Below, piece by piece: positions 8,151-15,015 of a stretch of DNA of 15,346 nucleotides. The number at the start of each line of letters is the position of its first letter. Position 1 is the first letter of the stretch. The DNA is from Candidatus Aenigmatarchaeota archaeon (GTDB lineage: Archaea; Aenigmatarchaeota; Aenigmatarchaeia; QMZP01; QMZT01), in assembly GCA_963726265.1 (NCBI GenBank), contig CAVSBQ010000001.1, positions 1 through 15,346 on the forward strand. Direction: 5' to 3'. The notes below the pieces were generated by a model, which was not told where the DNA came from, made no database searches, and worked only from the letters and a program-made list of their open reading frames with translations. The position numbers and the translations under genes were made by a program.

Positions 8151-8828
8151 TTACCTGTCGGATTTCACTATTTTAAGTATGTCTTCCACACTTCTCAGCA
8201 CGAAGTCGGCGCCGGATTTCCTGACCGGCTTTGTGCTGCCGTATTTCGCGAACGCCGTTTTCATCCCCAGCGCCTTCGCGCCGCGGATGTCGCGCTCGGG
8301 CCAGTCGCCGACGAACAGCGCGCTCGACGGCTTCACGCCGAGTTTTTCTATTGCCTTCATGAAAGGGGTCTTCGACGGCTTCTTCTCTCCAGTGTCCTGG
8401 AACGTGACGACGACGTCGAAGAAATCCTCGAGCTTCATCTCGACCAGGCGTATCCAGGCGTTCACGGAAGGCGCGTCGGAGACGATGCCCAGCTTCAGCC
8501 CGCTTTCCTTCAGTTTTATGAGCGTCCTCACCGTGCCCGGATACGGCTTGACGTAGGCGGCCTGCGCTTTCCTGTATGCGACTATCCCCTCTGCAAGAAT
8601 CTTGTAGTCGACCCTGCCCAGCGTCCTGTTGAGGAAGTCCTGGAAGATGCGGTTGTACTCGATGCCCTTCTCGCCGTATAGCCCGAAAAGGATTTTCATG
8701 GCATTGCCCCTGCCCATCTTCAGGCCGGCGCTGACCATCGCGTCTATCGCCGCCTCGCAGGACTTGTGCTTCATCAGCATGAAGTCTATGAGCGTGTTGT
8801 CCAGGTCGAAGAGAACGGCTTTTATCAT
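8151..8828 (-). CDS. HAD-superfamily hydrolase (subfamily IA, archaeal type)
   Basis: FDLDNTL motif I, VSDA motif II, KKP motif III and VGDWPERDIRGAKALGM motif IV; TTTTAAAC about 24 nt upstream. Confidence 0.92.
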   Translation of the reverse strand: MIKAVLFDLDNTLIDFMLMKHKSCEAAIDAMVSAGLKMGRGNAMKILFGLYGEKGIEYNRIFQDFLNRTLGRVDYKILAEGIVAYRKAQAAYVKPYPGTVRTLIKLKESGLKLGIVSDAPSVNAWIRLVEMKLEDFFDVVVTFQDTGEKKPSKTPFMKAIEKLGVKPSSALFVGDWPERDIRGAKALGMKTAFAKYGSTKPVRKSGADFVLRSVEDILKIVKSDR

Positions 8829-8864
8829 TTTGAGAAATTGTAAAGCGGGTTTAAAAACAATGTA

Positions 8865-9113
8865 TCATTTGATTTTAAGGCCGCCTAAGCGCCGCGTGCC
8901 GCTCAACTCAGTGATGCCGCTGTAGCTTATCAGGATGCGGTTGTATCCATCCAGCCGTCCGCTTTTTGCCATACCCTGCGCATTTCTCACGTGACCTTTG
9001 ACATGCTCGGCTTCTTCGCCATGCATATGCGCGCCGTCAACCTTCCTGTAGAGAGTTGGCAAATCATCTGAAAGAAGCTCTTCTATGGTGTACCTGATTA
9101 CATGGTGCTTCAT
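8865..9113 (-). CDS. Small hypothetical protein (82 aa)
   Basis: Fills the gap between two same-strand genes and has a TATA-like CTTAAATT about 24 nt upstream of its ATG; no motif recognised. Confidence 0.55.
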   Translation of the reverse strand: MKHHVIRYTIEELLSDDLPTLYRKVDGAHMHGEEAEHVKGHVRNAQGMAKSGRLDGYNRILISYSGITELSGTRRLGGLKIK

Positions 9114-9148
9114 GTAGATGGTATGGCAATATAATTTAAGAAGACGTC

Positions 9149-9742
9149 TCAGCGCTTCCCCGTTCTCCGCTTTTCGAGCAGTTTCCTTATCTTCACCAGC
9201 TCGGTCAGCATATCAGACGGCTCTTCCTTTTGGTAGGTCTCGACCGCGACGGGCTTCTGGCCGCGGACGTATACGATAATCGCGTCGCGTATCTCCTCGA
9301 AGCTCCTCATGCCGTCTATCCTTATCTCAGAAGTCCTGGCGTTCGGCGAGGAATAGCCTGCTGTCTGAATCTTGATGGAGGCGATGCCCAGCGCCCTGGA
9401 CACCGGACCCTGGTCAATGTCGACGTTGGTTATCCTGTTGTAGGGCACGACGCCCGTCTTCCTGAACCACACGCCTCTCTTCCACACGATTTCGCTCGAA
9501 TTAAGCCTGTAGCGTATGGTGTCGTAGTATTTCGGAATCCATATCAGCAAGGCAACGAAAACCACTAGCGCGGGGATGCCGAGGAAGAGTCCGAGCATGA
9601 AAACCACGAACAACGGGGCGAAGAGCATGACTGGCAGGAAACAGATGACGAAGAAAACAAGTGCTGCCGCAAAAAGATAAGTGTAGTAAAGGCTCTTGAG
9701 CGCGCGGTCCGGCTTCATCTCCTCCCCGATTTTAATGCTCAT
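9149..9742 (-). CDS. Membrane protein with a bacterial PH domain (YdbS/bPH_2-like)
   Basis: Two TM helices, then YRL...KRGVWFRKTGVVPYNRITNVDIDQGPVSRALGIASIKIQTAG. Start set to ATG 9742 after the GGAGGTGG RBS. Confidence 0.88.
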   Translation of the reverse strand: MSIKIGEEMKPDRALKSLYYTYLFAAALVFFVICFLPVMLFAPLFVVFMLGLFLGIPALVVFVALLIWIPKYYDTIRYRLNSSEIVWKRGVWFRKTGVVPYNRITNVDIDQGPVSRALGIASIKIQTAGYSSPNARTSEIRIDGMRSFEEIRDAIIVYVRGQKPVAVETYQKEEPSDMLTELVKIRKLLEKRRTGKR

Positions 9743-9894
9743 GTTCCACCTCCCCCATCCAGATGCTATGAATTTGGAACGTAACATTAAATAAGTTTGC
9801 GCGAATAGTGCGGGCAGCGAATAAGAAGCCTTTGCGTGGCTGCGTTTATGCCGGATGAAAAGGCTTTTAAACTGTTGTTACCATTTAATAGTAT

Positions 9895-10587
9895 ATGAGT
9901 TACAAAAGGCCAAAGCTTGCCATGTTCATGGGCTCGTCCGGAGGCTACTGGGCTTTCGCGGACGCCATGAAAGAATTCGGCGCGGCGGCTATAGCTAAAG
10001 GGGGCAGAAGTAGTAGGGGAGGAGCTATCTATCTCGTGGAACACCGCTACAGGCCCGAAAGCAGTTACATGCCCCTGAAATTCCAGGCGCTTGGCGTAGA
10101 CATGAAAAAGAGCAAGACAAGGGAAGGCATGCGACTTGGCAGGGGGTTTTACCTGTGTCCTGGTTTTTACGGCAATTCGCGTCCTCCATCATCTGAAAGG
10201 AACCCGTCCGTTGCGATAAAAAGGAGTGATGACGGCATTTTGCGTTTTCATGATTTTGGTGTCCCGGTTAATGCGGAAGACATGTTCGATTTCCAGGTGG
10301 AAAAGGCACTGGAAGCAGGCTATACCAATGATATGCTCCTCGTTGTCCTCAGCGGCCATGGCGGCTCGGGCAATATTATTAAAAAGATTGGCGAAAGCAA
10401 AAGAGGTTCTCATATAATAATTCAGGAGCCAAAAGAAGCGAAAGTGGGACAGCTGCCTCGTAATGCGATAGCTGATGCAAATCTCTATAGGCATAGTTAT
10501 GATGGGCTGGATTACGAGATTCTCAGAACAGGCCTGATAGGCGGCAGGGTAATGGAGTTCTTCGGTTCCGATAGGTTGCTTTTGTAA
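9895..10587 (+). CDS. Divergent stand-alone CheB-type methylesterase domain protein
   Basis: GSSGG (cf. GASTGG), LVEH (cf. IVQH), YLCPG, VVLSGHGGSG (cf. ILTGMGxDG) and IIQEPKEAKVGQLPRNAI (cf. IAQDxxxxxVxGMPxxAI). BRE/TATA AAAAGGCTTTTAAAC upstream. Confidence 0.7.
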   Translation: MSYKRPKLAMFMGSSGGYWAFADAMKEFGAAAIAKGGRSSRGGAIYLVEHRYRPESSYMPLKFQALGVDMKKSKTREGMRLGRGFYLCPGFYGNSRPPSSERNPSVAIKRSDDGILRFHDFGVPVNAEDMFDFQVEKALEAGYTNDMLLVVLSGHGGSGNIIKKIGESKRGSHIIIQEPKEAKVGQLPRNAIADANLYRHSYDGLDYEILRTGLIGGRVMEFFGSDRLLL

Positions 10588-10594
10588 AAATCAA

Positions 10595-10697
10595 AACGGC
10601 CTGCTGTCCCGTCTCAGCTTTGAGACGCCGGGCAGCGGGCCCGTGCGGGCCGCCGTGTGAGCCGCCAACACTGTCGCAAAAGGGCAGGATGCTGTGC
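10595..10697. other. GC-rich intergenic element with several hairpins; candidate structured RNA of unknown class
   Basis: GGCCTGCTGTCC/GGGCAGCGGGCC stem (10598-10609 with 10630-10641) capped by CGTCTCA-GCTT-TGAGACG. Alternative hairpin GGCCC-GTGC-GGGCC (10638-10651). Flanks are AT-rich. Confidence 0.4.
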
Positions 10698-10773
10698 TAG
10701 TTTGTTTTCTGTCCTTGAACTTTTCGTGTTTTTCAAAACCCAGATTCTTAAATAATCCATACAATTATTTTCT

Positions 10774-11706
10774 ATGCTCGACATCACGTTCCTCGGAACG
10801 GGAAGCGGCCCGCCCACGAAGAGCAGGAACCACTCCGCGATTTACCTGCACTACGACACGCACAACATGCTCTTCGACTGCGGCGAGGGCACGCAGCGCC
10901 AGATGATAATAGCCAACGGCATATCGTTCATGAAGCTCGACCATATCTTCATAACCCACTGGCATGCGGACCACTGGGTCGGGCTCATCGGGCTTCTGTA
11001 TACCATGAACCTCGAGGGTCGCAATCGCCCGCTTTATATTCATGGTCCAGATGCCGAGCGCTTCATCGGCGACATTCTCGACCTCGACTACTGGGGAAGC
11101 GGGTTCAAGGTCATCCCGAAGGACGTCTCTTCCGAAGGCAACAGGGAAACGAAGGTCTACGAGACCGACCAGTTCGAGATAACCTCCATCCCGACAAGGC
11201 ATTCCATCCCGTCCGTAGCTTATTGCTTCCGCGAAAGGGACAGGGTGAACGTCGACATCGAAAAGGCTGAAAAACTGTTCGGCCTCAAAGAGGGGAGGCT
11301 TGTCGGCAAGCTTAAGGAGAAAGGCGAGGTGGAGTTCAAGGGGAAGAAGATAACGCTCGATGACGTGGGAATCCGCAAGCCGGGCATAAAGCTCGTCTAC
11401 TCGGGCGACACGGAGCCGTGCGAGAACATAGTGGCGCTTTCGAAGGGAGCGGACGTCCTCATCCACGACGCGACCTTCGTCGAGACGAAGGAGGAGATGA
11501 TGCACTCGGGCGCGAAGGAAGCGGCCGCTCTCGCGAAGAAGGCGGAAGTCAAGAATCTCATACTAACCCATTTCTCGCGCAGGTATACGGACCTGAGGGA
11601 GATCGAAGCGGAAGCGAAGAAGATATTCCCGAGCTCATTCGTGGCGAGGGACTTCATGACCGTCGCGGTCAGGCACACGGGCCTGACGGTCGGAAGAGCC
11701 GTGTAA
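10774..11706 (+). CDS. rnz: Ribonuclease Z (tRNA 3'-processing endonuclease)
   Basis: FLGTGSG, LFDCGEGTQRQ, THWHADH, flexible-arm region, YSGDT, LIHDATF and LTHFSRRY. Confidence 0.96.
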   Translation: MLDITFLGTGSGPPTKSRNHSAIYLHYDTHNMLFDCGEGTQRQMIIANGISFMKLDHIFITHWHADHWVGLIGLLYTMNLEGRNRPLYIHGPDAERFIGDILDLDYWGSGFKVIPKDVSSEGNRETKVYETDQFEITSIPTRHSIPSVAYCFRERDRVNVDIEKAEKLFGLKEGRLVGKLKEKGEVEFKGKKITLDDVGIRKPGIKLVYSGDTEPCENIVALSKGADVLIHDATFVETKEEMMHSGAKEAAALAKKAEVKNLILTHFSRRYTDLREIEAEAKKIFPSSFVARDFMTVAVRHTGLTVGRAV

Positions 11707-11821
11707 ACGAAATGCATGCGCCGACCGACAACTGGGTCGAAAGTGCGGAGCGCGCTTTTCTCCTCAAACAAGGTATGTGCCGGCTCAACGTTTATTACGC
11801 CCATCATCCAATTCTCGTCTG

Positions 11822-12655
11822 ATGAAGCTCCTGTTCATGCTGGCGCCCATGGAAGACATCACTGACAACGCCTTCAGGGAGCTGTGCTTCCGGCACGGCG
11901 CAGACCTTACTTTCACGGTGATGGCCAGGCTTTCCGGCCTAGCGGCGCGGAACTGGAACACTGAAAGGAAAATAGAATTGCTTAACGGCATCCCTACACA
12001 GGTCCATCTGGTGGCCCAGCGGGAAGATGACCTGAAATCGTTCCTTGGGCGGTTCGAGCCGACGGGAGGATTCGCCGGCATCAATTTCAATATCGGCTGC
12101 CCCAGCCCACAGTACGTGAGGCAGGGCCTAGGATGCGCGATGATGAAGCGGCTGTCGAAGCTGAACAGGCTGGTGATGATGGTGAAAAACCACGGGTATC
12201 CGTGCTCGGTAAAGATGCGCCTCGGCATGAACCTTTTCGAGAAGCAGAGAAAAGTATACCTCAACGTCATCAAAGGCGTCGATGCCGATTTTTTCATTGT
12301 CCACGCAAGGCACGGTGCCGAGCATTACGACGCGCCGCCTGATTATTCCGTCCTTCCGGAATGCGTCGCCACCGGCAAGGACATCATAGCTAACGGCAAC
12401 ATCGACTCGGCCGAAAAACTCGCTCTAGTGAGGGACATGGGCGTCAAAGGCGTGATGATCGGCAGGGCCGCCGTGCGCGACCCGGGCATATTCGGACGTC
12501 TGAAAGGCTCTGAAGAGCCGGAAGCCGTTGCATTGAGAAACGAATACGCCCTGCTGGCGGACAAATACGGCGTAGTCAACAAATACAGGATCAACGTCAC
12601 GAAAAGGCTCGGGCAGAAAATCGCGATTGAAGAAGAGAATGCTGAAATGGGTTAA
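11822..12655 (+). CDS. dus: tRNA-dihydrouridine synthase family protein
   Basis: LAPMEDITD, NFNIGCP (catalytic Cys), SVKMRLG, IVHAR, IANGNI and GVMIGRAA. ATG 11822 lies about 26 nt after a TTTATTAC box. Confidence 0.9.
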   Translation: MKLLFMLAPMEDITDNAFRELCFRHGADLTFTVMARLSGLAARNWNTERKIELLNGIPTQVHLVAQREDDLKSFLGRFEPTGGFAGINFNIGCPSPQYVRQGLGCAMMKRLSKLNRLVMMVKNHGYPCSVKMRLGMNLFEKQRKVYLNVIKGVDADFFIVHARHGAEHYDAPPDYSVLPECVATGKDIIANGNIDSAEKLALVRDMGVKGVMIGRAAVRDPGIFGRLKGSEEPEAVALRNEYALLADKYGVVNKYRINVTKRLGQKIAIEEENAEMG

Positions 12656-12669
12656 ATTAAAACAAAGAA

Positions 12670-12742
12670 TGCGCCGGCCGGGATTTGAACCCGGGTTACA
12701 GGCTTGGAAGGCCCGTGTCCTACCAGGCTAGACTACCGGCGC
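12670..12742 (-). tRNA. tRNA-Gly(TCC), CCA not encoded
   Basis: GCGCCGG acceptor stem, anticodon arm CGGGC-CTTCCAA-GCCTG, T-arm CCGGG-TTCAAAT-CCCGG, discriminator A. Confidence 0.96.
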
Positions 12743-12800
12743 AACTCTCCGAATGACGGCCTGCATCATAAATTCAAGCCGTCGGTCGCTGGCTTCGAAG

Positions 12801-12821
12801 GACGCATACTTCGTATGCGTC
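12801..12821. terminator. Perfect 9-bp hairpin just downstream of the HIT stop codon (possible terminator or processing signal)
   Basis: GACGCATAC-TTC-GTATGCGTC. Confidence 0.35.
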
Positions 12822-12831
12822 GGCTGGTCTT

Positions 12832-13353
12832 TTAAAACCTGAAAAGGTCTTCGTTCTCGTCCTCTTCCTCTTTTTTTTCTTCAACTTGCTTCTTGCCGGC
12901 GGCTTTGTGCCCCACATGATCGTCTCCGCCGTGCCCGAGGCTGGCCATTATCCTGCGCGTCGTCTCGTCGAATATCTCCTTCGTGAGCTTCTTGGTCGGC
13001 AGCATGCTTTCGAGGCCGGGCGGCCCTTCGGACAGGAACCTCGGTATGACATGGAAGTGGACGTGGGGTATGACCTGGCCTGCGGCGCGCTCGTTGCTCT
13101 GGCTTATGGATATGCCGTCCGCGCCCATGCCCCTTTTTACGGCGACGGCTATTTTCTTCACGACCTTGAAAATCTCGGCCACCTCGTGGTCGGGCATCTC
13201 GAGTATCGTCTCGTAATGCTTCTTCGGCATGACGAGCGCATGACCGGGATTCCTCGGGTTGATGTCGAGGAAGGCGATGTGCTCGCTGTCCTCATAGACT
13301 TTCTGCGCGGGAATCTCTCCCATCGCTATCTTGCAAAACAGGCATTCTTCCAT
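12832..13353 (-). CDS. HIT (histidine triad) family nucleotide hydrolase with an acidic C-terminal tail
   Basis: CLFCKI, AFLDINP, GHALVMPKKH and AGQVIPHVHFHVIPR; GGAGGT RBS. Confidence 0.94.
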   Translation of the reverse strand: MEECLFCKIAMGEIPAQKVYEDSEHIAFLDINPRNPGHALVMPKKHYETILEMPDHEVAEIFKVVKKIAVAVKRGMGADGISISQSNERAAGQVIPHVHFHVIPRFLSEGPPGLESMLPTKKLTKEIFDETTRRIMASLGHGGDDHVGHKAAGKKQVEEKKEEEDENEDLFRF

Positions 13354-13387
13354 AGTAATACCTCCCGGTTTCCGTTTTAAATATTAG

Positions 13388-13462
13388 TGGGGTCACTGAG
13401 ATTCGAACTCAGGTCTGAAGCTCCCAAAGCTCCGATGCTGAACCAGGCTACACCATGACCCC
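13388..13462 (-). tRNA. tRNA-Pro(TGG), CCA not encoded
   Basis: GGGGTCA/TGACCCC acceptor stem, anticodon arm GGAGC-TTTGGGA-GCTTC, T-arm CTGAG-TTCGAAT-CTCAG. Confidence 0.96.
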
Positions 13463-13525
13463 GGTAGTTAAAATAAATAAGAATAGTTTATTAATATAAT
13501 TACTTGGTATATAACAAATTGGTTT

Positions 13526-13637
13526 GCCTCAGTAGCTCAGTGGTAATTTCGATGGAAGCAGATTTCATCTGCTTCGGTCGCTAGAGAGCGATCGCCTCGT
13601 AAGCGATAGGTCGAGGGTTCAATCCCCTCCTGGGGCT
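13526..13637 (+). tRNA. tRNA-Thr(CGT) with a 40-nt non-canonical intron (13545-13584) at position 20/21 in the D-loop
   Basis: Exons 13526-13544 and 13585-13637 join to GCCTCAGTAGCTCAGTGGT|AGAGCGATCGCCTCGTAAGCGATAGGTCGAGGGTTCAATCCCCTCCTGGGGCT. Bulge-helix-bulge: GCTC/GAGC, bulge AGA, helix AGTG/CGCT, bulge GTA, ATT/GGT. Confidence 0.93.
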
Positions 13638-13645
13638 TCATACCT

Positions 13646-13659
13646 GGGCTTTAAAGCCC
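13646..13659. repeat. Perfect 14-bp palindrome GGGCTTTAAAGCCC just downstream of tRNA-Thr
   Basis: Read directly from the sequence; overlaps the imperfect direct repeat CCTGGG(G)CTT at 13629-13638 and 13643-13651. Confidence 0.7.
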
Positions 13660-13718
13660 CAACTGTACTCAGTCCACTGTCTTCCGTCCTCGCGGAGTAT
13701 GGAAGATGCGAGGAAAGG

Positions 13719-14816
13719 TTGCTTAGCTCCACCGACAAAGGCAACCATGAAACCATAAGGCGCTTTCTGGATTTCGAACTGATAAGAAAGGGCTTGAGCG
13801 ACCGGAGAAGGCTCAAGTACGTCAGGGTCATACAAATCGTCCTGGACCTCACCAGAAAGCCCGGCAAGCCGCTTTCGAAACTCGACCAAAAAGACGCCGA
13901 GACGTTCTTCTTCTGGCTCAGGGATAGCAATCTCTCGGACGACACGAAGAAGTCCTACTGGAACGTGTTCAGGATTTTCGCGGAATGGATAAACCCGAAA
14001 ATCAGGGTGAGGGATTTCAAGCTGAAACTCAGGCTCAAGACGAAGCTTCCCGAAGAAATATTAAGCGAAGAGGAAGCGTCAAGGCTCGTCTCCGCATGCC
14101 GGAGCATCAGGGATAGGGCGCTCGTTTCCCTGACGTATCATGCCGCCATGAGATCCGGCGAGGTCAGGAATCTGAGAGTAAAACATCTCGTCTTCGACCA
14201 GTACGGCGCCTACATAATGGTCCCGGAGGAAGGAAAGACCGGCATGCGCCGGATACGAATTGTCGAGCCGGTCCCTCTCCTTTCCCAGTACATGCAGGAT
14301 CACAGGTTCAGGGACGACCCGGAGGCGCCGCTATTCTACCGATTGGACAAGAACGCGAAAACGCCTCTCAGTAGCGCAACCCTGAACAACATAATCAAGG
14401 AAGCCGCCAAACGGGCTGGAATCGTGAAGCGCGTCTATCCCCATCTACTCAGGCATTCGAAGGCGACCGAGCTTGCCAAGAAGCTCACCAGCCAGGAACT
14501 CATGGTCTACGGCGGCTGGAGGGAACTCAGCACCGTTCAGGTCTACACTCATCTGAGCGGAGCGGACATCGACAGGAAGATTCTGGAAATAAACGGCATA
14601 AAATCGGATAACGGCAACCACATAGCTATCGAAAGTCCAACAAATCAAATCAATTGCCATAGATGCGGAAACCGGAACGATTTGTGTGCAAAGTTCTGTT
14701 CGCAATGCGGAAGCCAGCTTGAACAGAAGAAGGCATTACAACCGGATGAGATGGCCGAGTTCCAGCAGTTTCTGATGGAGATGTTTCAGAAATGGAAATC
14801 ATTCAAGGGCAAATAA
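13719..14816 (+). CDS. Tyrosine recombinase/integrase with a C-terminal double zinc ribbon; start codon uncertain
   Basis: Catalytic set R (AAMRSGE), K (GKTG), HxxR (PHLLRHS), W (GGW) and Y (VYTHL). C-terminal CHRC...CSQC. N-terminal core-binding-like region. Confidence 0.93.
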   Translation: MLSSTDKGNHETIRRFLDFELIRKGLSDRRRLKYVRVIQIVLDLTRKPGKPLSKLDQKDAETFFFWLRDSNLSDDTKKSYWNVFRIFAEWINPKIRVRDFKLKLRLKTKLPEEILSEEEASRLVSACRSIRDRALVSLTYHAAMRSGEVRNLRVKHLVFDQYGAYIMVPEEGKTGMRRIRIVEPVPLLSQYMQDHRFRDDPEAPLFYRLDKNAKTPLSSATLNNIIKEAAKRAGIVKRVYPHLLRHSKATELAKKLTSQELMVYGGWRELSTVQVYTHLSGADIDRKILEINGIKSDNGNHIAIESPTNQINCHRCGNRNDLCAKFCSQCGSQLEQKKALQPDEMAEFQQFLMEMFQKWKSFKGK

Positions 14817-14825
14817 CGACGTATA

Positions 14826-14993
14826 TCAAATCAAATCCGCAACGATTTCCTCTATTTTTGCCCCGCATAGATCACAGTATTCAAGTTCCGACAAATTGCA
14901 TTCTGGGGATGCCTTTTCAAAAAGCCAGCGCAATGCCAAGCTATTCGAATCTCTGTTTTTAATTCCACTTTTACACTTCGGACATTTGCCCAT
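14826..14993 (-). CDS. 55-aa zinc-finger microprotein (CPKC...CDLCG), not in the ORF track
   Basis: MGKCPKCKSGIKNRDSNSLALRWLFEKASPECNLSELEYCDLCGAKIEEIVADLI*. It fills the gap between the integrase stop and the upstream same-strand gene almost exactly. Confidence 0.7.
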   Translation of the reverse strand: MGKCPKCKSGIKNRDSNSLALRWLFEKASPECNLSELEYCDLCGAKIEEIVADLI

Positions 14994-15015
14994 GCTTATC
15001 GATTATTCTGAGTAT

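Noticed and set aside
10595..10690. 5S rRNA, twister ribozyme, TPP or c-di-GMP riboswitch for the GC-rich element
   Set aside because: Only short resemblances (TGGCGGC, CCGCCAACACTG, GCTGAGA, GCAAAA). The 5S loop C CCGAAC, the twister core and the riboswitch cores are absent.
11714..11746. Hairpin CGACC...GGTCG followed by GAAA as a hammerhead ribozyme
   Set aside because: No CUGANGA core upstream of the stem.
10765..12297. Minus-strand ORFs 10765-11505, 11397-11807 and 11785-12297
   Set aside because: Antisense shadows of rnz and dus.
13680..13714. H-type pseudoknot upstream of the integrase
   Set aside because: The two stems cross, but the last loop is only 1 nt, so they are more plausibly alternatives than a pseudoknot.
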